Positions 27,201 through 36,218 of a stretch of 64,000 nucleotides of DNA are shown here, in pieces; within the stretch, counting starts at the first letter, position 1, and the number at the start of each line of letters is the position of its first letter. A program made the position numbers and the translations under genes. The notes under the pieces were generated by a model. That model saw only the letters and a program-made list of their open reading frames with translations. It searched no databases and had not been told where the DNA came from. The DNA comes from Desulfobacteraceae bacterium RAAP-1 (GTDB taxonomy: Bacteria; Desulfobacterota; Desulfobacteria; Desulfobacterales; Desulfatirhabdiaceae): contig LKPX01000006.1 in assembly GCA_001443525.1 (NCBI GenBank), positions 47 to 64,046 of the forward strand, in the 5' to 3' direction.

Positions 27201-27446
27201 CCGCTGGCCACCGCAATGGGCGCCGGAGCCAATGCACGCCATTCCATCGGCACCGGCATTATCGGCGGCATGATTGGCGAAGCAACGCTGGCCATGTTGT
27301 ATGTACCGCTGTTCTTCTATGTTTTTGATCGACTGAGCAAGCAACCCGCGCCACCGCCGCATCTGTCATTACCCGACGGAGACGCGCCCCCCGCCATCGG
27401 CGACGGACAGAGTGAAGAATCTTCAGAGAAGCAGAGAGACAAATAG
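24234..27446 (+). CDS. RND multidrug efflux permease (AcrB/MexB family)
   Basis: 1070 aa starting MFSSFFIKRPIFAAVVSIIIAIAG, with 12-TM/two-loop architecture and VVDDAIVVVENVERN. Confidence 0.95.
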   Translation: MFSSFFIKRPIFAAVVSIIIAIAGFVALKALPVEQYPPITPVQVTVSATYPGADSKTLADSVAAPIEAQINGVDNMLYMTSSSSSSGLLTITIYFALNTNPDIAQVQVQNRVNLALPQLPAAVSQQGVSVQKKSSSILMLIGITSKDKRYSSDYIANYANVYVLDAIKRVPGAGEASILGAPDQAMRIWMNPDRMASLGITTSDIQQAVSAQNAQFGAGQIGQEPTSRPVQMTFPVVAQGPFTDPSRYDGIILRASQSGGAIVRLKDVAQTKVGLRQYIIDSRLNNIPTTFIAVYQQAGANGLKVSEDIRNTLKEMKPRFPDGIEYIVALDSTDFVRVSITEVQHTLIEAVILVILVVFLFLQNFRATIICSLAIFVALIGTFPGMLLLKFSINQLTLFGLVLAIGIVVDDAIVVVENVERNMSQFHLPPREATLRAMSEVTSPVIATVLVMAAVFVSAAFLPGTTGQLYKQFAITIAISVAISGFVALTLTPAMCSVMLKHSSPPQKGPFAWFNRLFDRFTQAFGRAVTFVIKRMVIAFILLGIMIWGIFHLFKTLPTSFVPNEDQGYIMAAILMPDATSLDRTEKVAEKVDAVLSKIPGVEYRDQFTGYSLLDNGMKTNEGTFFVMLKPFEERYATAATARRESSDAVLAALHKGVATIDQGIVIPIEPPAIPGIGTTGGFEFWIQDMGSGNPTRLEEITRNFLDKARKSPELTGLSSRFQASSQQLKVEVNRDKASLLGVPIQDIYSAIQAQFGSLTVSQYNESSRVWWVILQSDPKFREKPEDLTRLYTRSNQGQMVPLSSVVSTQWVTGPDLLTHFNGFPAALVNGSAAAGYSSGQAIHTMEAIAREVLPQGYTFAWSGLAFEEKNSGGTSATAFVFGLIFVFLILAAQYESWTLPGSVMTAVPFGILGALVFNWLRGLENDVYFQIGLLVLVGLGAKNALLRVTFAVDLRKQGKSAMEATIEAGELRLRPIIMTSLAFIFGVLPLATAMGAGANARHSIGTGIIGGMIGEATLAMLYVPLFFYVFDRLSKQPAPPPHLSLPDGDAPPAIGDGQSEESSEKQRDK

Positions 27447-28868
27447 ATGCGTCAGATTATTCTCGTTTCATTCATCATGCTGTTTGCCGGCTGCACGGTC
27501 GGCCCCGATTATGTACGGCCCCATGTGGATACGCCCGCTGCGTTCCGTTTCAGTGATGCGGACGCCACAGCAACGGCCAATACGGCCTGGTGGGAGCAAT
27601 TTCAGGATCCGACATTAAACGCGCTGATTGCGGAAGCTATCGCCAACAACAAGAACGTCGCCATCGCCGCCGCCAATATCGAAAAGGCACAAGGGGTTCT
27701 CATGCAGACCCGGGCGCCGCTTTTCCCGCAGCTTTCTTATACCGGAAACGCCGCCAGGCAGCGTCTCTCTGAACTCGGAGCGACGCCCCTGTCGCCGACC
27801 CTGTCCAATCCGCAGGTTTCATTGCAGACAACGGCAAACGCTTCTTGGGAAATCGATCTCTGGGGACGGATCCAGCGATTGAGCGAAGCAGCCCGGGCCA
27901 ATCTGCTGGCAAGTCAGGAGGCGCAGCGCGGGGTTATTCTTTCCCTGACAGCCTCGGTTGCCAGCAGTTATATCCAGCTTCTGGCCTATGACCAGCAGCT
28001 TCAGATCGCCCGGCGGACGCTGGCCGCCTATGCGGAGTCCGTCAAGCTCTTTGAACTCCAGTTCGCTTATGGTCAGCTATCCCGGATGAATGTGGAGCAG
28101 GCGCGCACCCAGTATGAAACCGCGGCAGGCATGATTCCGCAGATAGAAACACAGATCGGTCAGACGGAAAATGCGCTTTCGATCCTCTTGGGTAAAAACC
28201 CCGGCCCGATAGCCCGCAGCCGAAGCATCGACGATCTGATGCTGCCGACCGTTCCCGCCGAATTGCCGTCTTCAGTGCTGGCAAATCGCCCGGATATTGG
28301 CGAGGCGGAACAAAACCTGATTGCCGCCAACGCACAGATCGGCGCCGCCAGGGCGTTGTACTTCCCGACATTATCCCTGACGGGGGATTTCGGATACGCC
28401 AGCGCGGATCTGTCCAACCTGTTCAATGGGCCGGCGCATACTTGGAATTATTCAGGATCGATCGCCGGTCCGATCTTCAAGGCGGGAGAAGTTGCAGGGC
28501 AGGTGCAGCAGGCCGAAGCCGGTCGAAAAGCGGCGCTTCTGAAGTATGAATCCGCCATTCAGAGCGCATTCTCGGATGTCGAAAATGCGCTGATCGCTCG
28601 CCGGAAAATCACTGAACAGCTTACGGCGCAAGAACGTCTGGTCAAAGCCAGCAAGGAATATGCACATCTTGCGCAGATCCAGTACGATGGCGGTTATGCA
28701 ACCTATCTGACGGTTTTAAGCGCGGAACAGCAGCTTTTTCCTGCGGAACTCAACCAGGTTCAGTATCACGCACAGGAGCTGAATTCCTATGTTACGCTCT
28801 ACAAAGCGATGGGCGGCGGCTGGAAATCGGCGGAAGCCGTTGCAACGCCCGCACCCCCCCATGAATGA
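27447..28868 (+). CDS. Outer-membrane efflux lipoprotein (NodT/OprM family)
   Basis: Lipobox LFAGC followed by GPDYVRP, then the duplicated OEP repeats. Its start abuts the RND permease stop. Confidence 0.9.
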   Translation: MRQIILVSFIMLFAGCTVGPDYVRPHVDTPAAFRFSDADATATANTAWWEQFQDPTLNALIAEAIANNKNVAIAAANIEKAQGVLMQTRAPLFPQLSYTGNAARQRLSELGATPLSPTLSNPQVSLQTTANASWEIDLWGRIQRLSEAARANLLASQEAQRGVILSLTASVASSYIQLLAYDQQLQIARRTLAAYAESVKLFELQFAYGQLSRMNVEQARTQYETAAGMIPQIETQIGQTENALSILLGKNPGPIARSRSIDDLMLPTVPAELPSSVLANRPDIGEAEQNLIAANAQIGAARALYFPTLSLTGDFGYASADLSNLFNGPAHTWNYSGSIAGPIFKAGEVAGQVQQAEAGRKAALLKYESAIQSAFSDVENALIARRKITEQLTAQERLVKASKEYAHLAQIQYDGGYATYLTVLSAEQQLFPAELNQVQYHAQELNSYVTLYKAMGGGWKSAEAVATPAPPHE

Positions 28869-29956
28869 GTTCTGCACCGTTCGTGGGCTTCCATAAAAGA
28901 GTGGAGACACCAGCCCCCGATTTCCAGACCAGGATCCAAAGCTTCGAAGTGTTCGGAAATCGCCAGAAAAGGTTCATTCACGGATACCTCCTCATGGCTG
29001 TCCAGCATCCGGAGGAGGCGTTTTACAACACTGAACGTTCTTTCCCGATACCCCAGGTCTGAAGACACCCTCGCCAGACTCATCAGGCGTGAAAATGTCG
29101 CCTTTTCCCGAAGGATATCCTCTAACAGCAAATATGCCCAGTACAACGCCTGAAACCTGTCTTCAGGGGGTAGCTGCGTCATGCGCGAAACGGCGTAACT
29201 ACTCAGAGCCTCCTGGTGCATCCGCCAGAGGATATCGTTACCGTTCATGACGATGAATTGGGCCCAGAGTCTTGCCATCTGAATCACATAGGGATAGCGC
29301 TGAAGGCTCTCAACCCACAGATGAGGATCTGTTCTGACACCGACGGTTATGTCAATATTCTGACGAATTAAAAATGCGTTGGCCGAAAGCCTGCTTGCCC
29401 GATCGGATTTACAGAAATAAAGATTCAGATCACATGTGTCTGAATTATCTGTCTGAATCGGAGCCAGACACCCGATTCCGGGAACCAGACGATAGGCTTC
29501 ATAGCCGAGAGTTTGAAATGCCTGCATCATTTCAAGATGAAAATGCTGCTCCTGGCAGGTGTTGTACATGACCAGCGGTGAATTCCGTCTCAAGAGGGAC
29601 ATGCCTTCCTCGGAAACCGGAAACGGCTGGCTGCCGGCATCAATTTTCATGAAATCAATGATTGAACCGGACAGCTCCCGCATATCAGCGCCAGTACCCG
29701 GCCGGTCATCATCTTTATCCGGAAAGCCATTGTATGCAGGTTCAGCGGCATCATTATCATCCATCTCAAAGACATGCTGAAGGAAATGCGCTTCCTGGGG
29801 CCATGACGCGTCACACACGGTTTCAGCTTCCATCGGATATCCGCGGATATCCGATACCGATATGGGAATACCTTTCATCCATAGCGATTCACAACTGTCT
29901 TCATGGATCAGACCCACAATATTTGTTTTGGCTGCCAGCTCCATCGTCCACCTCAT
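28799..29956 (-). CDS. Hypothetical protein with a degenerate FkbM-type methyltransferase segment and a helical C-terminal domain
   Basis: IDFMKIDAGSQPFPV...LLRRNSPLVMYN...LGYEAYRL resembles the FkbM family core, but the EGxE motif and the N-terminal SAM-binding region are not evident. Its 3' end overlaps the convergent efflux gene by 70 nt. Confidence 0.4.
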   Translation of the reverse strand: MRWTMELAAKTNIVGLIHEDSCESLWMKGIPISVSDIRGYPMEAETVCDASWPQEAHFLQHVFEMDDNDAAEPAYNGFPDKDDDRPGTGADMRELSGSIIDFMKIDAGSQPFPVSEEGMSLLRRNSPLVMYNTCQEQHFHLEMMQAFQTLGYEAYRLVPGIGCLAPIQTDNSDTCDLNLYFCKSDRASRLSANAFLIRQNIDITVGVRTDPHLWVESLQRYPYVIQMARLWAQFIVMNGNDILWRMHQEALSSYAVSRMTQLPPEDRFQALYWAYLLLEDILREKATFSRLMSLARVSSDLGYRERTFSVVKRLLRMLDSHEEVSVNEPFLAISEHFEALDPGLEIGGWCLHSFMEAHERCRTHSWGGAGVATASADFQPPPIAL

Positions 29957-30152
29957 CTTTCTTCTGATTCAGCATTTTTCTTTTTTGCAGCAACATATCG
30001 ACTGCCGGAGGGAAACTCATTCTCCGCTATTTGCTAAAGCAACATGAGTGCCAAAAGCAACTACTTATAAAATCAGTTGGATAATATCCGGCTATCGAAA
30101 ATTCTGTCAGGGATTTGACATACAGCGCTAACGCATCCTTGTCGGTAATGCT

Positions 30153-30167
30153 GACGGCTTCGTAAAA
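30153..30167. repeat. Solo end (GACGGCTTCGTAAAA) of the palindromic element family
   Basis: Exact 15-nt match to the left end of copies 2 and 3. No partner end lies nearby. Confidence 0.6.
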
Positions 30168-30273
30168 TGCCGGCGGGGTTCCATGAAGCGTAGAGAAATC
30201 TTTCTGGATTATTGTTTCCTGTTTTGATATAGGATTCAATTTGCAGCTACAGTACCACCATTAAGGAGCCATA

Positions 30274-31188
30274 ATGTTGACAGACCGCCATCATTTTTTA
30301 CGCTTTGTTTTTTGCTGTGGATATGTTGTGTTGCTGACATTTGGCGTATGGATGTTTCAGAAAATCACTGCCAGGGCTGAAGACAGCTCTGAAACATTCA
30401 GGGCGCTTCAGACCAGACTGGCCGAAAACGGATTCAATGCCGACAAAATGCAATCCCTGTTCCAGAAACCATCGGTGCATTTTGAACCCCGCACCGTGTC
30501 GCTTTTTTTTATCCACAGCGAGGCCAGGGTCAATTACGACCAGTTTCTGTCTCCCGAATCTATCCAGAACGCCCGGGAATACATGCAGAATCACCTCTCA
30601 GACCTGAACGCCGCCGAACAGTCGTTGGGCGTTTGCAAAGAAGTTGTTGTCGCCATCATGCTGGTTGAAACCCGTCTGGGGACGTATCTGGGCAACACCT
30701 CTATTCTGAACACCCTGTCGTCGCTGGCGGCTTTAAAAGACCCGGAACTCCGGCAGGTTGTGTGGGACACCATCCGTCCGGACCGCAGACCCGAAAAGGC
30801 TGCCTTTGAAGAACGGGCAAAAGCCAAATCCGCCTGGGCGTTTCAGGAACTCAAAGCGTTTTTGACCTACACCGCCAGAGAGAATCTGGATCCAACCTCC
30901 ATGTATGGTTCCTACGCCGGCGCCATGGGAATTTCCCAGTTCATGCCCAGCAACATCCTGACGTATGCCCTGGATGGAAATCATGACGGCAGAATCGATC
31001 TTTTCGATCCCAGCGACGCCATTATGAGCATTGCCAATTACCTCAAGCATTTCGGCTGGAAACCGGGAATTTCTCCGGAAAAGTCCTATGATGTCATCTA
31101 TAACTACAATCACAGCCAATATTATGTAAACACCGTGCTGAAAATCACGGATATATTGAAAGGCCAGAATGGACCTTCACACAATTAA
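30274..31188 (+). CDS. Lytic murein transglycosylase (MltB/SLT_2 family)
   Basis: AAGGAG RBS and an N-terminal TM/signal. Motif YAGAMGISQFMPSNILTYALDGNHDGRIDLFDPSDAIMSIANYLKHFGW. Confidence 0.85.
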   Translation: MLTDRHHFLRFVFCCGYVVLLTFGVWMFQKITARAEDSSETFRALQTRLAENGFNADKMQSLFQKPSVHFEPRTVSLFFIHSEARVNYDQFLSPESIQNAREYMQNHLSDLNAAEQSLGVCKEVVVAIMLVETRLGTYLGNTSILNTLSSLAALKDPELRQVVWDTIRPDRRPEKAAFEERAKAKSAWAFQELKAFLTYTARENLDPTSMYGSYAGAMGISQFMPSNILTYALDGNHDGRIDLFDPSDAIMSIANYLKHFGWKPGISPEKSYDVIYNYNHSQYYVNTVLKITDILKGQNGPSHN

Positions 31189-31390
31189 AGTGATACTGGG
31201 AATCTGCGTACCGTTTCTGCTGATGACGCTCTGGGCTGTTATCCATGCGGCGCAAAAAGATTTCGGCAGCCTGCGGGAGAAAGTCATCTGGATCGTCATT
31301 GCCGCCATACCGTTTATCGGCTTTCTGATATATCTGGCATTTGGATTTCGAAGAAAAATCAAGCCGGACAACTCCCTTAATACTGAATGA
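31169..31390 (+). CDS. Small PLDc_N-domain membrane protein
   Basis: Two TMs with LWAVIHAAQKDF...VIWIVIAAIPFIGFLIYLAFG, typical of the PLD nuclease N-terminal domain family. Confidence 0.65.
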   Translation: MDLHTIKVILGICVPFLLMTLWAVIHAAQKDFGSLREKVIWIVIAAIPFIGFLIYLAFGFRRKIKPDNSLNTE

Positions 31391-31413
31391 ACCTGTAAAA
31401 AGGTGATGGTTCT

Positions 31414-33234
31414 ATGAACAAGCGTTATTTAATGCTGGGCAACCAGGCAATCGCCAGAGGGCTGATCGAAAACGGGTGTACGCTGGCGACATCTTATCCG
31501 GGAACTCCGGCTTCCGAAATCCTGCCGGAACTGGTCAAATGGGGCCAAAATGACGGTATTCGGATTCATGCCCAATGGGCCGTCAACGAAAAAGTGGCGT
31601 TTGAAATCGCTTACACCGCCAGCCTGACCGGCCTTCGCACCATGGTCAGCATGAAACAGGTGGGCCTTAACGTTGCGTCGGATCCACTGATGAGCGCTGC
31701 CTACATGGGAACAATCGGCGGTTTTCTGGTCATCAGCGCGGATGACCCCGGCCCGCATTCATCCCAAACTGAGCAAGACAGCCGCATGATGGCCATGATG
31801 GCCAGAATTCCAGTCCTGGATCCCGATTCTCCGGAACAGGCCAAAGATATGATCGCTCTGGGGTATGCCGTGTCGGAAGCGTTTCAGATTCCGGTCATGT
31901 TGCGCCCGACCACCCGGGTCTGTCACGCACGTCAGGATGTAACACTCGACCCTGTCCTGCCGCAGAACCGGAATCCGGCGTTTCAGAAAGATCCGCCCCG
32001 ATGGGCGGCCACTCCCAAATTCCGGCTTCAACTGCATCACTTGCTGGAGAAAAAGCTCGATGACATTTCCCGATATGCGCCGACAACCCCTGTCCGCTGT
32101 AATCCGGAGGCCACCGGTGATAGAGCCGTTGTGGCTTCCGGAGTAGCGGCGGCTCATACACGCGAAATTCTGAAAGACCTCGGGCTGTGGGATCAGATGC
32201 CGCTGTATCAGGTGTTGCAACCCTATCCTTTGCACCCATCGTTTATAGAGCATCTGGAACAGAACTGTTCTGAAATCCTGGTCATTGAAGAAACCGCGGC
32301 AATTATCGAAATGCAGATAGGAAACCGCCGCAATGTTCGGGGAAGAATCCACGGACAGACGCCGGCGGCAGGAGAACTGCTTCCGGAAGTCATTGAAAAA
32401 ATGATCAGCGAATTTGGAGGCATTTCACGCGCCGTTTCCACACCGCCGACGGGAGCAGCGCCGGGAAGACGTCCCACCCTGTGCGCAGGATGCCCCCACC
32501 GGGCCAGTTTTTTCGCCATCAAAAAAGCCGCTCCCAGAGGCATTTACACCAGCGACATCGGCTGCTACACTCTGGGCATGAATCTGGGCGCGGTGGACAC
32601 ATTTATCTGCATGGGCGCAGCGATCAGCCAGGCGGAAGGGTTCTATCAGGCGCTCAAACATGACGCCAAGCATCCGGATATTATTGCCACCCTGGGAGAC
32701 TCCACGTTTTTTCACGCCGGAATTCCTGCCCTGATTGATGCTGTGGTGCAAAATGTCCGGTTTGTGCTGGTCATTCTCGACAACCGCACCACCGCCATGA
32801 CCGGAAATCAGCCCCCCCCTTCCAGCGGCAGAGGCATTGCCGGAGAATCGACCATTGCCGTAGATATCGAAGGTCTGGTGCGGGGCTGCGGAGTCAAATT
32901 CTGTCAGACCGGAGACCCTTACGATGTCCCGACGTTCATCTCTCTCATCAAAACAGCAATAAAATTCAGTCGGGAAACCGGGCCGGCAGTGGTTATCTCC
33001 CGCCGCCCCTGTCTGCTCGATCGCACCCAACCCCCGGAAACCCGCCCTCCTGTTATCCGGGTGCATGTAACGGAAGATTGTGACGGATGCCATTACTGCA
33101 TTCAGCATTTCGAATGTCCGGCGCTACTGACAGATGGCGATAACGCGCCTGTCCGCATCGATCCGGCCGGATGCAGCGGGTGCGGCGTCTGCATTCATGT
33201 CTGCCCCAGAAAAGCGATTTCTGTGGATATGTGA
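31414..33234 (+). CDS. iorA: Indolepyruvate:ferredoxin oxidoreductase alpha subunit
   Basis: MLGNQAIARGLIENGCTLATSYPGTPASEI, a TPP-binding region GDSTFFHAGIPALIDAV, and a C-terminal 2x[4Fe-4S] motif (CDGCHYCIQHFECP / CSGCGVCIHVCP). Confidence 0.9.
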   Translation: MNKRYLMLGNQAIARGLIENGCTLATSYPGTPASEILPELVKWGQNDGIRIHAQWAVNEKVAFEIAYTASLTGLRTMVSMKQVGLNVASDPLMSAAYMGTIGGFLVISADDPGPHSSQTEQDSRMMAMMARIPVLDPDSPEQAKDMIALGYAVSEAFQIPVMLRPTTRVCHARQDVTLDPVLPQNRNPAFQKDPPRWAATPKFRLQLHHLLEKKLDDISRYAPTTPVRCNPEATGDRAVVASGVAAAHTREILKDLGLWDQMPLYQVLQPYPLHPSFIEHLEQNCSEILVIEETAAIIEMQIGNRRNVRGRIHGQTPAAGELLPEVIEKMISEFGGISRAVSTPPTGAAPGRRPTLCAGCPHRASFFAIKKAAPRGIYTSDIGCYTLGMNLGAVDTFICMGAAISQAEGFYQALKHDAKHPDIIATLGDSTFFHAGIPALIDAVVQNVRFVLVILDNRTTAMTGNQPPPSSGRGIAGESTIAVDIEGLVRGCGVKFCQTGDPYDVPTFISLIKTAIKFSRETGPAVVISRRPCLLDRTQPPETRPPVIRVHVTEDCDGCHYCIQHFECPALLTDGDNAPVRIDPAGCSGCGVCIHVCPRKAISVDM

Positions 33235-33247
33235 TTTGAAGGAATGA

Positions 33248-33439
33248 ATGATTATGGAAGAAGTTATAGATATAATATCTTTATTGGACGATAAAGACAG
33301 AAAAAAACTGTCGGAGTTCGCAAATATCCTTATCAATCAGAATAAATACAATAAACTGCGAAAAGAAATAGAAAGCAGAAGAACTGAAATAAAAAACGGG
33401 CAATTCCTGTCTCATGAAGAAATATGGCGGGGAATTTAA
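33248..33439 (+). CDS. Putative antitoxin (addiction-module component-like)
   Basis: 63 aa and helical. An LSxxxRxxLxEF-type N-terminus and a C-terminal RRxEIKNGQFLSHEEIW resemble small antitoxins paired with RelE/ParE toxins. Its stop lies 4 nt before the toxin ATG. Confidence 0.55.
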   Translation: MIMEEVIDIISLLDDKDRKKLSEFANILINQNKYNKLRKEIESRRTEIKNGQFLSHEEIWRGI

Positions 33440-33443
33440 AAAG

Positions 33444-33698
33444 ATGTTTGATATAAGGTATGCCAAAAGTGTAAAAAAAGACCTTAACAAAATTGATAAA
33501 AAACATCTTGAAAGCATCAAAAAGTCGATAGAAGTTTTAAAAAAATTTCCTGATATTTCAAATATCAAAAAACTGTCAGCACATCCTCTGGCTGATTACA
33601 GATTAAAAACAGGTGACTACAGAGTTTTATTTGACGTCTGCTGGGATGAGCAGATTATTTTTGTTTTGAAAATCGGACATAGGAAAGAAGTTTATTAA
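33444..33698 (+). CDS. RelE/ParE-family type II toxin
   Basis: MFDIRYAKSVKKDLNKIDKK...LADYRLKTGDYRVLFDVCWDEQIIFVLKIGHRKEVY is the canonical RelE/ParE C-terminal signature. The start was moved to the ATG at 33444. Confidence 0.85.
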   Translation: MFDIRYAKSVKKDLNKIDKKHLESIKKSIEVLKKFPDISNIKKLSAHPLADYRLKTGDYRVLFDVCWDEQIIFVLKIGHRKEVY

Positions 33699-33831
33699 CC
33701 CTGACGGCAGTTAGGAACCGATTACTCGAAAATGAAGTTATATCGAATTTATTTTTATTAATTTTTTAAGTGTTGTTGCAGTGTTAAATTACCCATATTT
33801 CTCTCATAAAAGTATAAGCAAGCGAGACATC

Positions 33832-34407
33832 ATGGAGTCATCGATAACAACCACTATACACCAGCAGATCATCATCAGCGGCATCGGAGGCCAGGGCGTT
33901 CTGCTGATCTCCCGGCTTCTGGCGGAAGCAGCCATGATGAAAGGATGCCGCGTGCTGACATCCGAAACACACGGCATGGCCCAGCGGGGCGGCACCGTCG
34001 TGTCTCATCTTAAGGTCGGCGAATTCTCCAGCCCTCTGATCCGCCCACAGGCGGCCGATGGGCTTCTGGCGCTGAAACCCGAAAGCCTGGCGCAGTACAG
34101 CAACTTTATAAAGCCCGGCGGATGGGCGGTCGTCAACAGCCCGGCAGCACTTTCCGGATTTAGCGGCCTTTCCGTTACAGCCGTGGATGCAGACGCCAAG
34201 GCCGGAGCTATCGGAAATTCCAAGTCCGTCAACCTCGTCCTGATGGGAGCAGCGCTGTCACTTACATCGGAAGGTGTTCCGCTTCTGTTCTGCAGCCTCT
34301 CAGATATTCAGATGGTGTTAAACGAACAGTTTTCAAACGCCCCGGAGACACTTGAAAAATTTCTGGCGGCCGTTGAGGCCGGTTTTTCCTCATGCCAATC
34401 TTTTTAA
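33832..34407 (+). CDS. iorB: Indolepyruvate:ferredoxin oxidoreductase beta subunit
   Basis: IIISGIGGQGVLLISRLLAEAAMMKGCRVLTSETHGMAQRGGTVVSHLKVG. The start was moved to the ATG at 33832 (MESS...). Confidence 0.85.
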   Translation: MESSITTTIHQQIIISGIGGQGVLLISRLLAEAAMMKGCRVLTSETHGMAQRGGTVVSHLKVGEFSSPLIRPQAADGLLALKPESLAQYSNFIKPGGWAVVNSPAALSGFSGLSVTAVDADAKAGAIGNSKSVNLVLMGAALSLTSEGVPLLFCSLSDIQMVLNEQFSNAPETLEKFLAAVEAGFSSCQSF

Positions 34408-35276
34408 AATTATTTCAGTTCCTGATCTCCGGGTTGACCACCGGAAGTACCTATGCACTGATCGCCATAGGATTCTCCATCATCCACAATGCCACCGGAA
34501 TCGTCAATTTCGCTCAGGGAGAATTCGTCATGCTGGGCGGTATGTTCATGATCACATTTTTCACTGTTCTGAAGATTCCCATGGCGTCTGCTTTTTGTCT
34601 GACAGTAATCAGTGTTGCCATCGTCGGACTGATACTGGAAAAAGGCCCGTTGGAGCAGGCCAGATCCAAAGAAATCCTCAATCTGGTCATGATCACCGTT
34701 GCTGCATCCATCGTCATCAAGGGCCTGACCATGATACTCTGGGGCAAAAATTCCATGACGATTCCCGCCATTTCGGGTGAATCGCCCCTTTTGATATGGA
34801 AGGCCGCCATTATGCCTCAGAGCCTGTGGATATTCGGCGTTACTCTTGGCGCCGTAGCGATGCTCAATGTCTTTTTTCGATGTACCCGGACAGGCAAGGC
34901 GATACGAGCGGTTTCCGCCAACCGCCGATATGCGGTGCTGGCCGGCATCCCGGTAAATCGGATGCTGGCGTTTTCTTTCTGTCTGAGCGCTGCACTGGGA
35001 GCCGTTGCGGGCATTCTTCTCACCCCGATGACCACCATTTCCTATGATGCCGGCGTAATGCTGGGGTTGAAAGGATTTTCCGCGGCCATCCTCGGCGGCT
35101 ATGGTTCCATGACGGGAGCTGTGATCGGAGGTATTCTTCTGGGCGTCATGGAATCGCTGGGTGCTGGTTTTATCTCCTCTGAATATAAAGATGTCCTGGC
35201 TTTTATGATCCTGTTGATGGTTCTTTTTATCAAGCCGTCCGGCCTGCTGGGCGCCGGTATGCTCAAACGGGTTTAG
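34392..35276 (+). CDS. Branched-chain/hydrophobic amino acid ABC transporter permease (LivH family)
   Basis: LISGLTTGSTYALIAIGFSIIHNATGIVNFAQGEFVMLG, with the typical C-terminal IKPSGLLG. Confidence 0.88.
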   Translation: MPIFLKLFQFLISGLTTGSTYALIAIGFSIIHNATGIVNFAQGEFVMLGGMFMITFFTVLKIPMASAFCLTVISVAIVGLILEKGPLEQARSKEILNLVMITVAASIVIKGLTMILWGKNSMTIPAISGESPLLIWKAAIMPQSLWIFGVTLGAVAMLNVFFRCTRTGKAIRAVSANRRYAVLAGIPVNRMLAFSFCLSAALGAVAGILLTPMTTISYDAGVMLGLKGFSAAILGGYGSMTGAVIGGILLGVMESLGAGFISSEYKDVLAFMILLMVLFIKPSGLLGAGMLKRV

Positions 35277-35279
35277 AAC

Positions 35280-36218
35280 GTGTTCGGCGCCATGAAAAAA
35301 TTTCGTCTGCCGCTGTTTTCACTGACCGTATTCCTGCTCCCGCTGGCGCTCTCTAATAATTATCTGCTCATGACCATGAACATCGCCGCCCTGAACGTGT
35401 TGATCGTTACCGGTCTGAATCTGCTGATGGGATATACCGGGCAGATATCCCTGGGCCATGCGGCGTTTTTTGGTATCGGCGCATACCTGTCCGCAATTCT
35501 GACCATGACATTCCATGTACCGGTCTGGTTGGCAATGCTGACAGCCATGATCGCAACGGCCGGCATCGCCGCCGCAATCGGCATCCCTGCCCTGAGACTG
35601 GAAGGCCACTATCTGGTGATGGCAACACTGGGCTTTAACGTCATCGTCTATATCATCATGATGCAGTTCAGCGCCGTCACCGGGGGCCCGTCCGGCCTGG
35701 CGGGCATTCCTCACCTGTGTATCCCCGGATTTGTCTTTGACTCGGATATTAAAACCTATTATCTTTTCTGGTGCATTACCATCGGAACCCTGACACTGTC
35801 CCTGAATCTGGTACATTCCAGAACCGGAAGAGCCATGGCGGCGCTGAGTCACAACGAAATCGCAGCCAGATGCGCGGGTATTGATACAGAATTTTATAAA
35901 ATCCGGATTTTTGTTATCAGCGCTATAACGGCGTCTCTATCCGGAAGTCTGTATGCCAGCTATATTTCCTTCATCAGCCCCGGCACATTCAGCATCTTTT
36001 TTTCAATACAGATGTTGACCATGGTGATGGTTGGCGGTATGGGGTCGCTCTGGGGATCTGCGCTGGGTGCTGTTTTTTTGACTTTGCTGCCGGAATGCCT
36101 TCATGGAATCAAGGAATACAACGCGCTGGTATATGGCGGCATTCTGCTGTGTGTTCTGATGTTTTTTCCCAAAGGGTTGTTTCCAGAAATTGCGGCGGCT
36201 TTCAGGAAGCAATCGTGA
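35280..36218 (+). CDS. ABC transporter permease (LivM family)
   Basis: NLLMGYTGQISLGHAAFFGIGAY and GLAGIP motifs. The start is either GTG at 35280 or ATG at 35292. Confidence 0.85.
   Translation: MFGAMKKFRLPLFSLTVFLLPLALSNNYLLMTMNIAALNVLIVTGLNLLMGYTGQISLGHAAFFGIGAYLSAILTMTFHVPVWLAMLTAMIATAGIAAAIGIPALRLEGHYLVMATLGFNVIVYIIMMQFSAVTGGPSGLAGIPHLCIPGFVFDSDIKTYYLFWCITIGTLTLSLNLVHSRTGRAMAALSHNEIAARCAGIDTEFYKIRIFVISAITASLSGSLYASYISFISPGTFSIFFSIQMLTMVMVGGMGSLWGSALGAVFLTLLPECLHGIKEYNALVYGGILLCVLMFFPKGLFPEIAAAFRKQS

Noticed and set aside
30027-30239. 70-aa minus-strand ORF between the FkbM-like gene and the transglycosylase gene
   Set aside because: It contains a solo element end within its coding frame, and has no RBS and no recognisable family.
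36095-36214. ORF-track N-terminal extensions of the LivG-like, binding-protein, PorG, IorB, livK, livH, nadK and HsdR_N-like genes (starts at 36095, 36975, 38955, 33781, 48646, 49855, 48412 and 61700)
   Set aside because: The extensions overlap upstream genes or lack an RBS. Internal starts preceded by GGAG-type sites, which yield canonical N-termini or signal peptides, were preferred.
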